Translations under genes and position numbers: made by a program
In this document: piece by piece, positions 1-11,876 of the stretch
How positions within the stretch are numbered: position 1 is the stretch's first letter
How the letters are laid out: every line of letters starts with the position of its first letter
Assembly: GCA_002189035.1 (NCBI GenBank)
Contig: CM007992.1
Location: 1,488,001-1,552,000 of the forward strand
Reading direction: 5' to 3'
Length of the DNA: 64,000 nucleotides
Source of the DNA: Utricularia gibba
Lineage: Eukaryota; Plantae; Magnoliophyta
Notes under the pieces: model-generated
Database searches by the model: none
Told to the model about the DNA's origin: nothing
Seen by the model: the letters and a program-made list of their open reading frames with translations, nothing else

Positions 1-925
1 CCTGAACTAGAAGGCCATCATCATCCCTCTTCCCCTAGAGCTTCCTCTCATACCATGTAAGCAGAGTGACTTCACTTCTCTAAGTTTGCAACAAGCTTCT
101 GAAAACTGCTGTTTTTCGATAGGTTTCTGGACAAAGCATTAGCTGCTTCAGACGAGGAGAGAATTAGCACTGTCGATGTGGAAGATGCCAAGGGGCTTCT
201 GCGTCTAGTCCCGATCTGGTTCTCTTGTTTAGGCTACTCGATTGTGTATGCGCAGCCCTCAACTCTGTTCACAAAGCAAGCAGCCACACTCGACCGTCAC
301 TTAACCTCCACATTCGAAATCCCTGCTGCTTCCCTTCAACAATGCTTCATCACCGCCGTGATCATGATCGGCCTCCCTCTCTATGACCGTCTTTTCGTCC
401 CCTTTGCTCGGTCCATCACTCAAAGACCCCCGGCATCACCGTTCTACATCGGATCACATTCGGGTTATTCCTCTCCCTCATCTCCATCGTCTTCGCAGCT
501 GTCGTCGAAGCCAAACGCCTCGCGATTGCGGCGGAGTACGGTCTGGATAATGACCCGACAGCATTGATTCCTATGAGCGTTTGGTGGCTGGCTCCACAGT
601 ATGTCTTATCTGCCATGGCGGACATTTTCGCTATGGTTGGTTTACAGGAGTTCTTCTACGATCAAGTTCCCAATGATCTCAAAAGCATCGGACTGTCGAT
701 GTACCTCAGTATTCTCGGGATCGGCAGCCTGTTGAGCAGTCTTCTCGTGTCCACGATTCAGCAGGCCACAAGCGGCGGCGCAGCGGCGGGTGGTTCTCCG
801 ACAACCTGAACCGCGCGCATCTTGACTACTTCTACTGGGTGCTTGCCGTAATCGGCGCCGTCGGATTGGGCATCTTCCTTTGTTCCACCAGGTCTTACGT
901 TCTTCGGACAAGTAGCAGCTTCTGA
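1..925 (+). CDS. NRT1/PTR family (NPF, NPF5.10-like clade) transporter, 3' part; two apparent 1-bp deletions (pseudogene or assembly error)
   Basis: Exon 1-56, GT-AG intron 57-122, final exon 123-925 (M-FLDKAL junction). Motifs VEDAKGLLRLVPIW, FTKQAATLDR, IPMSVWWLAPQY, GLQEFFYDQVP, WFSDNLNRAHLDYFYW; TGA at 923-925. A continuous frame needs shifts near 427-431 (poly-C) and 775-783 (GGC repeat). Confidence 0.93.
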
Positions 926-1114
926 GCAGCGATCTTCTTGCATAGCCACCTCTTAATATGCTGCATATTGAAATGTGTACGGATCAATCATCAGTCAATA
1001 TTTCCATGGTCGTTGTTTCCCAAATTTTCATTTACGCTTTTAATCATCGCTCTAATTATATATTATCCTCATTTACTAAAAATTCATTTTAAAAAATATA
1101 TATGAAACATAATC

Positions 1115-1117
<3 letters not shown>

Positions 1118-1169
<52 letters not shown>
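1118..1169. repeat. (TA)n microsatellite
   Basis: About 26 uninterrupted AT units. Confidence 0.95.
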
Positions 1170-1173
<4 letters not shown>

Positions 1174-2461
1174 TAAGAAAATTACACAAAAAATCTTAAG
1201 GTTTAACATGGTAAAATTAATCACTAATATTGTAATATAAATCGTGTAATTCGTCTACACTGACAAAATTGATCTCTAAAATTTTGTATATCTGATATAA
1301 GTAGTTCCCAAAATTTGACATATCGGATATAATTAGTTATAAGGTTTTGTATTTTAGAGGTCGTTTAATAGTAAGATATTAATTATAAAATAATTAAAAA
1401 CATATATATATTTAATTATATATAATGTTTGATATTCAAAAATAGAATTCTGAATATGTAATTAGTATAGATATAATTAATCATCTTCTCTTACTTTATT
1501 TGGGTATACCATTCATATGTTTAAAAAATGAATTATATGAATGATATAATTATATAAGACTAGTATACATATATTTGTTACTTAAATAACGATTTACATG
1601 TAAATTTGAATATAAATATTATATATTATATTATGTACTTTTGCACATTTGTGATTCCCTAATATTTAAAGATAGAGCAAAATTAGTTCTCTACAATTTA
1701 AAAGTTAGACACCATTAGTGAGGAATTAATTTTATCAAATTTTTAAACAATTATAAATTAATAAAGAGAATTATTTATATCAAATTGATTATTATAAAAA
1801 TATTATGGATCAATTTTTTATGGTACATTCATTTTGCCATTGTATTGAAACAGTAAATTAAAATAATAGTAAAAATATTAAAATAATAAGTATCAATATT
1901 AAATCATAGATGCGGTTAAGTAGTTCAATTTGTCGGTGGAGAGGTCGATTTTGAAAGGGAGGAAGATGGGTTGTTTAGAAGTCTAGAAAAGAGCGCAGCG
2001 TCATGAGTAGACTGGGCCTGGAGGGTGGAGACTTAACCTGGGAATCGCAGCAATCAATCAGGACCACCGAACTGAAGATGCTATCTTTTTTGGGGAACTA
2101 GAACTGGTGTACGATTAACGACACGAGCTTAATACATATGCGTCGGTGTTAGGTAGGCAGCCATTAAAGAGCTAGCTAGCACTGGTGCCTGGGAATTAAA
2201 TTGGTTGTTGAATTTGGCCAACGGTGTTTCTGTTTAGTGTTTGTGGCGCAACGCAGGTTTGCTGTACGCCTGGGGTTTGGTTTCCCCGTTTTTCTTGCGT
2301 CTTCTTTTAATGTTCCACCTACGCTTGGTGGACTTTACTCACTCCCGCCCCCACCACCTATTCTGCTTTCCTAGAAAGGCTATGTGATTTGTAGCAAGTT
2401 TTTCGAGATTTTGGGTTGTGGGTTGTGCTTAAAAGACGCGATCTTTCTGGAGTTTGATAAG

Positions 2462-4200
2462 ATGGGCAATAAGTTTATGTGTATGAGTAAGAAGGATGGG
2501 AAGAATGGTGGGATTGGATCAAAGAGCAAACGGGGTTCTTCGATGTCCAGACGGAAAACTTTAATCGATGAAGAGTTGCTGCATAGACAAGCACTTGCTA
2601 TGGCTATTCGGGAGCATAATCAGATGTCTCAGCGATTCGAAAACGGGTCCATGTCACGGCGGGTTGGGTCGACTTCTTCCCGCCGCCGCGCCGCTAATTT
2701 GTCTGATCCCTTTTCTGGAACAGGGGAAAAACAGGTGAAAATCTGCTATCTCTCAGTTCCATCTTCCCACTTTTGTTCAGCTCTTTGGTTGGTGGGGGAA
2801 TCGGGAATGATCCATTTTCGTGATGACTGAGAATTGAGATGGGAAAGAGGAAATAGTTTGTAGTTTAACCGCTGCCTGATGAGCATGGTTGTTGTTGTAG
2901 GCTATCCTAATAGCAATTTTCAGAAAGGAAACTCTTGGTCTTTCATCATTCTGCAAAAACGAAAAGAGATGACTAATTCATTTTTTTTCTTTTACATAGT
3001 CATGTTTTCAACCCCCAAGCCGCACAACCGGGTTGTGATTGACTTGTGGTTTTGGGGATTTAGGTTCCCTTGCATTGATTCCGATATATGACCAGCATTC
3101 AACAGTTGTCATGATTCAATGTTTTCTGTATCTTGTAGCTGCAAGAGTTATTGGAGACTATTAAGACGAAGAAGTTTGTATTTGTACATGGTGAAGGATT
3201 TGGAGCTTGGTGTTGGTATAGAAGCATTGCTCTTTTGGAAGAAAACGGGTTGTTTCCCGTGGCAATAGATTTAACTGGATCTGGCATTAATCTTGTGGAC
3301 ACAGATAGTGTTCAAACCTTGTCTGAATACTCAAAACCTCTGACAGACTACCTTGCCAACCTGCCAGAGAATGAGAAGGTATATGGGACCCCTGTAATTG
3401 CATGATTCCATCTTTTTGTCCTGGTTTGAAGCTAATCCTGCTGTCTTGATACATATGTTTTCAGGTAATATTGATCGGCCATAGCACTGGGGGCGCTTGT
3501 GTTTCATATGCTCTAGAGCTTTTCCCGGAGAAGATCGCAAAAGCCATTTATCTTTGTGCCACAATGATAGCTGATGGGGAGAAGCCTTATGATGTGTTTG
3601 CTCAGGAGGTGTGATGATTTATTCGCAACAACAGTTGGTTTATGTTGAAAGACATCTGAATGCATTTTGTCACACCTTTTTCTCCTACAGCTTGGCTCAG
3701 CTGAGCTTTTTTCTACCGAATCAAAGTCTCTGGTATACGCAAATGGTGAAGATCAACCTCCAACCAGTTTCATGTTCGAGAAGCATCACCTCCGAGGGTT
3801 ATACTTCAACAATTCGCCTGCAAAGGTAACGTCTACCTTTTCATTGTCAGATTAACGCTGGGGGATTGCAGAATCCAAAGCAGCCTTGTTTGATGCTCTT
3901 TATGAAGCATGATCTTGATGTTTCTAGGATGTGGCTTTAGCATTGGTTTCCATGAGACCCATTCCGCTCTGCCCCATGATGGAGAAGTTGTCTTTATCAG
4001 CCGAAAAATATGGCAAAGGGCGGCGCTTCTACATTCAGACCCTCGAAGATCATGCGCTTTCACCAGATGTCCAGGAGAAACTTGTGAGGGACAATTCTCC
4101 TGAAGGAGTCTTCAAGATCAAAGGGAGTGATCACTGTCCCTTCTTCTCCAAGCCTCAATCCTTGCACAAAATTTTGCTTCAGATTGCCCAAATTCCTTAG
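2462..4200 (+). CDS. MES14: Methylesterase, MES14/MES12-like alpha/beta hydrolase, 354 aa, 5 exons
   Basis: Exons 2462-2734, 3139-3378, 3465-3608, 3691-3825, 3928-4200, all GT-AG, total 1065 nt in frame. N-terminal DEELLHRQALAMAI..SQRF..SMSRRVGSTS, HGEGFGAWCWY, nucleophile GHSTGG, TLEDHAL Asp, KGSDHCPFFSKPQSLHKIL His; matches recalled Arabidopsis MES14. Confidence 0.93.
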
Positions 4201-5039
4201 AGCCTGCTACATATGCTGCCGGTAATGCTCCTTAGACTGTACAATGATATGATATACCCAAGTTATTGGATTCTTACAGGGAATGACCCTCAGTTTCATT
4301 CCTTGAGCTCTTCTCTGAGCAATTCTGTCCTCTTATGATGTAAAATTTACTTCCCTGGTTTGAATAGGATTCTTCAGATAGCACGTTCCCGGGAAAAATA
4401 TACAAAATACAGGAGTCAGCACACTGCCTCCAGTTCCCTGGTATGCAGAAACAGAACGCTGCATTCTATCTTCAGATTGTTCAGATTCCTCCCCTGCAAC
4501 AGACAACTCCACTGTAATAACCAGAGAGTCATAGCGATGAAACTGCAGTTAGATTTAGTCCTAGACTCGCCCTCCATCACATTGAGCTTCTGTTTCAAAT
4601 GTAAAATGTGTTGAGCTTTTGTCACATTGTAGAACTTCTCACTGAGACTACAGTCAGAGAAGCAGGGGGCTTCCTTTGTTCCTTTGGGGGAAAATGTTCA
4701 CTTTTGATTTTATTAAGAAAACGGTTAATAAAATAATTTAAGAGTTTGCATAGTATTGTATTTCCAAGACCTCCCTTCTACTCTGTAGTTCTCTCTCACA
4801 ACTTCAACACTTAGAAGCATAAGTGCACAATTCCGATCATAAAACCATCAAACGGAGAACAAACACCAAATCTGTGGTTTTTGCCAGACCCATCCATAGC
4901 ATGGTTCTGTTTAGAAAAATCATGCCAGCCCACATCCAGGCTCACACCACGCGTATGGTTTCTTGAAGGCGTACCAAGACAACTAAAGATAAATTACAAG
5001 TGATACCTACGGCAAGGTGGAGGAGGCAATGGGACTGGC

Positions 5040-6205
5040 CTAATCACGTATACCCAGTTCCAGTTCAAGTTCATCGTCCTGCTCAAACAGCTTCAGCAGA
5101 CGAGCATGCTGCTCCTCTCTTTTCCTTCTTAGCCACAGCTTGTACAGGAAAAACGAGAACCCTGACAAGGCCACAATCCCGATGCATATGAGGAGGATTC
5201 CCAACACTCCCAATCCACCTGACTTCTTGGGGCTTGATGTCGATGAGTCATCTGCCGATCCTGCAGGAGTTAGGAGAAATTTCAATAGTCTTGTGTGAGG
5301 AAAATCCGTCAAGCAGGAAATCAACATATCCAGATCTCCACCTAGGCAACTGTTCATCAACCAGCACGATCACTATGGCAAGAATGGGGACAGCTAACTA
5401 AAGTGTATGCCACATAAGAGATACTTCACAGTCACACGAACCGAACACATCTCATGCTTTCAACTTCATCGAACTAGATGTTGAAATTGACGTACGTTGT
5501 ACAACTTAAACAATAAACAACCATGTGATCTGCAGCATAAAATATGCTATATAGAACCAGCCCCATGTTTTCCGCAAGGCTCGCTTGAAGGCAATACATA
5601 GCAAAGGCACAAAGTATAAGATGGAAAATGCGCCAGCAACAGCCCACACCCATAACCATTACCTACACCTCTATTGGACTTGTGAATCAAACCCTCTCCG
5701 GAGCAAGTGGATTATGTCTAAATGATGATAGCATAATTCTTTTGCTATGACACTAACCTCTGTATCTACAACCTACGGAATGATCACACAGGAACAAAAA
5801 CACAAACAACAAAAGAGTATCGCCGTTGCAATACCGAAGTATAGGTTCAGCCTTGATACTAAAAGATCATTCATGGTAATGCATATCCCAAATGCATGCA
5901 TTCAACAACGATTCAGACGGCTTTAATTTTAAATTTCTGTTTGCATTTATACAAAATACAAAACTTGGCCCTAATTCTGGGTTTGGTGATTAAATAAACG
6001 GATCCTGATTCCCCAGTTTTCATTTTTCTTTAGAAATCTACTCATAAAATACATCTAATCGAAAAAGACGAATTCTAGAGGCGCACAAGGAATTGAAAAT
6101 TCAGAAAAAGCCAATACCTGAAGTCAGCAAAAGAGAAACAGTAACAAGGCATAAATCGATCCCCAGAAAGCTGAACCTCGGGGATTTATTCATCTTTGCT
6201 GCCAT
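5040..6205 (-). CDS. Small conserved-looking plant membrane protein (~102 aa): signal-like N-terminus, one TM helix, basic stop-transfer, acidic tail
   Basis: Exon 6205-6118 (MAAKMNKSPRFSFLGIDLCLVTVSLLLTS), GT-AG intron 6117-5261, exon 5260-5040 (GSADDSSTSSPKKSGGLGVLGILLICIGIVALSGFSFFLYKLWLRRKREEQHARLLKLFEQDDELELELGIRD*); 309 nt in frame. Confidence 0.8.
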
Positions 6206-7105
6206 CCCTTCCCGGATCAAGCGCAATACTTGTACAAAACCCCCAAGAATAACTGTTCTAATGCGGAGAAGCAACTCTGAAAATTCTCCACAGCACCTTC
6301 TTTAGGATTTTTTTTTTCACCAATAAAGAAAAAGCGCATCCTATGCTTTTTTATTAAAATAAATAAATATATTATGACTAAATTCGAAGATACTATAAAA
6401 AGCAGTTTGTTAATAGAATACCTAATAAAGAATCTAAATAGAATAAGATTACATGGTGATATGATGGAATAATTTAAAAATTCGAATCCTTTTGTATAAT
6501 TTAAAACAATAAAAATACATTTAATGATTCTCTATGATAATTTTTTATGCATGATACTAAATTTTGTTTTGAAAGCATTTTAAAAATATAATCTAGAATG
6601 AGAATTAGTAATTATTCATTTATACATTGCGTTTTCATAATTTACTTTTTGTCATTTTCTGTTTTTTGTTTTTAAAACTCTTTTGATCGTTTGGTATTTT
6701 TTTATTTAACTTTTTTTACGTTTTTAAATGATTATTTATGTTTTTTTATCATTTTATTATTTTTATAGAAAAAATGTGTTTTATAATCATTCAAATGATT
6801 TAAAATCAAATTAATGAAAAATTGTGTTCCAAATTGGAAGGATATGTTGCATCTTGAAATAGTTTAAGAGAAAATCTAAAAATAAAGATTCAATGAAAAA
6901 TACAAGTATTAGATAAAATATTTACATATAATATTAAAATATTTAATATATAATTTGATACAAATTTAACAAAAAAGATGAATAAAAGATTCAAATCTTC
7001 ATTTGTATATAAAGATTTGATTATGAAGTTTTTGAGGAGACCCATAGTATTCAAGTTTGAAATTTTTGAATTATCTCTACTCTCTAGGTTCTCATACATC
7101 AAATT

Positions 7106-9135
7106 TGTTGAAAATTGATGGAGTATTGACCTATAAATGTATAATAAAAGAAATAAAAAAACCATCTTTTACAAAAATGTTTCAAATGGAAGATATGGGA
7201 GATGATCTAGTATCTATTCAGTACATCCTTAGTGAATGTCTTTTCCTTGAATATAAGCTACTCAATACTCATAATAAGTCCACATCTATTGGCCTAATCC
7301 AACATTACCCAACCTCATCTACATCATAACTCTGATGTATGAACAATATTTTACCAAAAAGACTAATCCAATGGTAATTAGAGCAACGGCTATTTTTTGG
7401 TTTTTTATAAATGTATTGGTGTAATTAAGTTACAAATACCTTTTGAACGATTATTCATTTTTACATCATATTTATATTTACAAAAACATCTCAATCTTCC
7501 TCTCAATCTTCTTCTTTACATCAACAACTACAATCATACTAAAATTATTCAGATTCCAACATGGTGAACCCGACATGAAGCGAAGATGAAATCACATCTT
7601 CTCAAAATCTTTTTGTTTTCTTTTGTACGTATATTTTCTTGTAATCTTTGTCTCAATATGAGTTCTTTGGAACAAAATCCTCCTATTTTAATCGATAAGG
7701 TTATGAAGCATGGGCAATAAAGATGGAAAGCTACTTTGAAATGAATGACCTTTGGTCATCTTCACAGACTCTGATTCCGAAGATTCAAAGTTATCTAAAA
7801 TAGAAGAAGAACTCAAGATACGTATAACTCAAACTAAGAAGGAAAAATATGCTCTAGAACAATTACTAACCGAAAAAGTGTTTAAATGAGTCATGAAGTT
7901 CAAGCACCCCAATGAAATCTATGAAAAGTTGAAGTAACTAAATGCTCAGGACAAAGAAACCCATGAGTCACAAATACAAAAAAAAAAAAAGAGTAGTTTG
8001 ATAATCTAAAGTTTACCTTAGGTATATGTACAAACCATTCCCTGTGCACCTAGCAATTGCAAGGAAAATTCTTAAATACTTAAAGTACACTGTAAATGTA
8101 AGTCTTTGCTTTACATGTGGAACTAATTCTATCTTGTAATGTTTCATAGATTCAGATTTTGCAGGAGACAAACAGAATTGCAGGTCCACTACCGATTAAC
8201 TTTTTAATCTTGGATCAGCTGCATTTGCCAAAGCTGAGTACATTGCCAAAGCTTTAGCAGCAAATCATGCTCAATGGATTCTGAAAATTTGTGAAGATCT
8301 TGGGATATCCATTTAGAGACCTGTTATCCTATAAATAGATAATAATTCTGCCATCAATATTGCTCAGAATTCTATGATGTTTGGAAGAACCAAACACATT
8401 AAGGTTAAGTATCATCTTTTGTGGGATTACGTGAAGTAAAGGACAATCAAGCTAGAACATATATTCATTGAAGAATAAACTGCAGATATACTTAGAAAGT
8501 GTTTGTTTCCGAAAACATTTTACAAAATCTAAGAAATATTGGGTCTGAGACTCAATCCTACCCTCATAGCATGCAGGATCTCTCTACTCTGTCAAGGAGG
8601 AATGTTGGAAAATAATAGAGTATCAATCTACAAATGTATAATACAAGAAGGAGAAAAACAATCTTTTATAAAGAGGTTTCAAATGGAAAACATGGAAGAC
8701 GATCTAGCACCTATCTAGGAATCTCTCAAGCCTAAGAGCAAAAAGTGAAGAGATACAAAACTGTTCGTAACTCTACTAGTACTTCTTCTCTATTATGATA
8801 TTTGCATTTGAGACATATCTCTCACTCTACTAGCACTCATTTACCTTTTTCATCCAGCATTCATGATACGCCGTGTGAAATATGTGAATATGTTCGTTTC
8901 CTTCGTTTACCTTTGAGGGAATAGGTGCAAACTTGCAAAGCGTCTAATAACAAGAGATGCCTCAGTAAAGGCCAAAATGTTTTGCCGCTTGTTTGTTTTC
9001 TAAACCAAACAAGTTCATTTCAAGTTTCTAGTAGTGTGTTGGACGGAACCTTCACAAAAACATCTCGAATTCCCTCTCACTCTTCTTCTTTACATCAACA
9101 AATACAATTATACTAGAATCATTTAGATTCCAACA
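7106..9135 (+). mobile_element. Internally deleted Ty1/Copia element (~2.0 kb); LTRs 7106-7561 and 8603-9135
   Basis: Both LTRs start TGTTG and end GATTCCAACA; PBS TGGTGAACCCGACATGAA at 7562; PPT AAGGAGGAA before 8603; gag relic YEAWAIKMESYFEMNDLW (~7706-7760) and RNase H relic DSDFAGD..KAEYIA..ANHAQWILKICEDL..FGRTKHI (8150-8410); flanks AAATT/AAATA (4/5 TSD). Confidence 0.85.
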
Positions 9136-9189
9136 AAATATGCCTTAGAAAATTATTTATTTATTTTTACAAATTTTCATCAATGGAGG

Positions 9190-9445
9190 TCTAACTAAAA
9201 AAAATAAATAGCCATTCAAAAGGTATTTGTAAATTTATTACACCAACACATATATAAAGAACCAAAAAATAGTCGTTGCTCTAGTTATCGTTGGATTAGC
9301 CTTTTTAGTAGAGTATTGTTCATACATCAGAGTTATGATGTAGATGAGGTTGGGTATTCAATTCTCGACTGGTTTATTCCTAAACAGGCTAGGCCAATGG
9401 ATGTGGACTTATTTTGAGTATTAAGTAGCCCATACTCAAGGGGAA
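9190..9445 (-). repeat. Inverted copy of the central segment of the LTR at 7243-7450
   Basis: Reverse complement matches 7243-7450 (e.g. CCCAACCTCATCTACATCATAACTCTGATGTATGAACAATA); ORF-track peptides from both copies end NKSTSIGL..YPTSSTS. Confidence 0.88.
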
Positions 9446-11027
9446 GGCGTCCACTAAGAATAAGATCATAAGAGATAGTATTATTTAAGACCATGAAATA
9501 ATGCTGAAATAGAGTATCACAAGTATTAGAAGAAAACAAATGTGTCAAGATGATACTATAAACGCTTAGGATTTTGGGGTTGAAAGAAGCAAAATCTAAA
9601 ATGTATAGTCTGTGATGCTTTCGTCTCACTCCCAAAAGACGATTAGATTTTAGGTCCTGAATAAGACAACAAGATCTACGGAAAATTAATTGAATGTTAT
9701 GTTCATCCAACTTTCCTATGAAAAGAAGATTATATTTAAAAGAAGTACCAATAACACAGAGATCAAGATAAGAGAGGAGGTAAGAATGATAGATCCCTTA
9801 TGTGAAATGGGGCTAGGTGATCTATCAGGTAAAAAAAACAAAGCTAGGAAGTGTAGTGGGCACGAGCTTGTGCAAAAGGGACACAGAATTACACATATGA
9901 GCAATAGCTCCCATATCTATAATCAATTCCAAAGAATGGCGATGCTCATGACCATCAGGGATAGAATTTGCAACTAAACATGCATTAGAAATAGAGTGTA
10001 CTTACAACTCAACATGACAAGCAAGTAAATTTAAGTGTGGGACAGCAAGATTACCAATAAATTCTCCAAATCCAACCAAAATTGCTTGTTGTAGATCATT
10101 AGACATGTGTCCTTGAAAACCCAAGACTTTTGTAATCTCTTGTTGAATAAGTTTGATGGCTTCAAGTGTAAGTCCGTGCCCCTGAATAAGATTGTTAGAA
10201 TCTACAGCATTATTGGTATGATGAGTTGGCTCTATTTTGTTCAATGTAGGAGCTGTAGAAGAGTTGAAGATATTTTTTCATTTGAAACCAATAAGAAAAC
10301 GACTAAGTTTCACCAATTTTATACAAGAATCTATGCTCACATCTTTATCACATGAGTTACATTTCACTACAAGAAACAAGCTTTCAATATCATTCCATAT
10401 AGTTTGTGTCTTCAAGTAATATTCTGTTACATTTAAGTTGCCCTGAGTCAATTCAAATAGTTCCTTAAACAAATGAAATAAGGCATGTGTACTACATTTT
10501 CCAAAGTGAACTTCAAGAGATTTCCACAATTCACGGGTAGTATGCGCTTTATTGAAATTCCTAATCAAATTCTTAGACATACTATCATAGAGATATGAAC
10601 GTACCAGGGGTCAATTGCAAATATAGGCACTGCCAAAAAGCAACTTTACAAAAATAGGCAACTATGTGTACTATGCGATAAATTTAGGCATTTTTTATTT
10701 ATTTTATTTTATTTTATTGTTTTAGTTTTATTTTAATTGTACTTATTAATATTATTGATCAATATGAGAGTAAAACGGGTGTGACAATTTTATGGTAAAA
10801 TTGGATGTGATAATTTGGAAAGCTTTGTGTGCGTCCTGTTTTGAAAAGCTTTCCTTTTCAAATTGTTATAAAAAAAAACTTCTAATATTTAGATATAAAA
10901 AAAACTTCTAATATTTAGATATATTTCACTTAAAACATCACTAATATTTTTAGATACAATTATACATTTTTATAAAAATAATATATATAATAATAGTTTG
11001 TATTATAAAATCAAAATGTTATATAAA

Positions 11028-11059
<32 letters not shown>

Positions 11060-11453
11060 GTTTGTTTTAATGTTTTTAATATAAAATTGTTTTTTTTATT
11101 TTATTAAATATGATATACATAAAAGTTAGAGTTATTTGACAAAAAGATAAATAAAATAGGGTTATTGTACAAAAGTTAGGTTATTTTAGCCAATTAATTT
11201 TTGGCAGAGGGTTAGTGATTGAATATTTACATAAACATGTATATTATCTTGATAATATTTAACATATATGATGATAAAATTTACTTAATAAGAAAATAAA
11301 ACTAAAATGAAATAAACCATATATAAATTTTTTTTTATCTCCATCATTAATAATTTAAAATAACAATCTCATCTCTAGAATCCTCTCTATCACAAGTTAT
11401 TAATAAAAAAAGTTATCACAATGCAATATAAAGAATAAAACAAATGTAGCATT

Positions 11454-11788
11454 TCACGGGTTTGTGTATGTACATGCATCTCATGGGTTTGTGATGGCAC
11501 ATGATCTCACGAGTTTGTGTATGCATATGCATTTCACGGGTTTGTGCAGGCACATGATCTCATGGGTTTGTATATGCACATGCATTTCATGGGTTTGTGT
11601 AGGCACATGATCTCACGGGTTTGTGTATGCACATGCATTTCACGGGTTTGTGCAGGCACATGATCTCACGGGTTTGTGTATGTACATGCATCTCACAGGT
11701 TTGTGCAAGCACATGATCTCACGGGTTTATGTATGCACATCATTCACGGGTTTGTATATGCACAAAATTCACGGGTTTGTGTATATGC
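11454..11788 (+). repeat. Minisatellite inside the MULE: 13 units, alternating 27/26-bp monomers (53-bp dimer)
   Basis: Units TCACGGGTTTGTGTATGCACATGCATT (27) and TCACGGGTTTGTGCAGGCACATGATC (26) alternate for 10 units, followed by 3 degenerate units. Confidence 0.95.
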
Positions 11789-11876
11789 AATGAATCATTT
11801 GAATGCTATATTTTTTTTTACATTTTTTAATATCCATGTTTGTATATAAGTCATTCAACACAATCAGTAATGAATC

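Noticed and set aside
1170-1950. Possible MITE with weak inverted ends (1245-1280 vs 1920-1950)
   Set aside because: Similarity is short, the sequence is AT-rich and there is no TSD.
11454-11788. Regularly spaced repeats superficially like a CRISPR array
   Set aside because: Head-to-tail tandem units with no unique spacers, in a eukaryotic transposon, and no cas genes.
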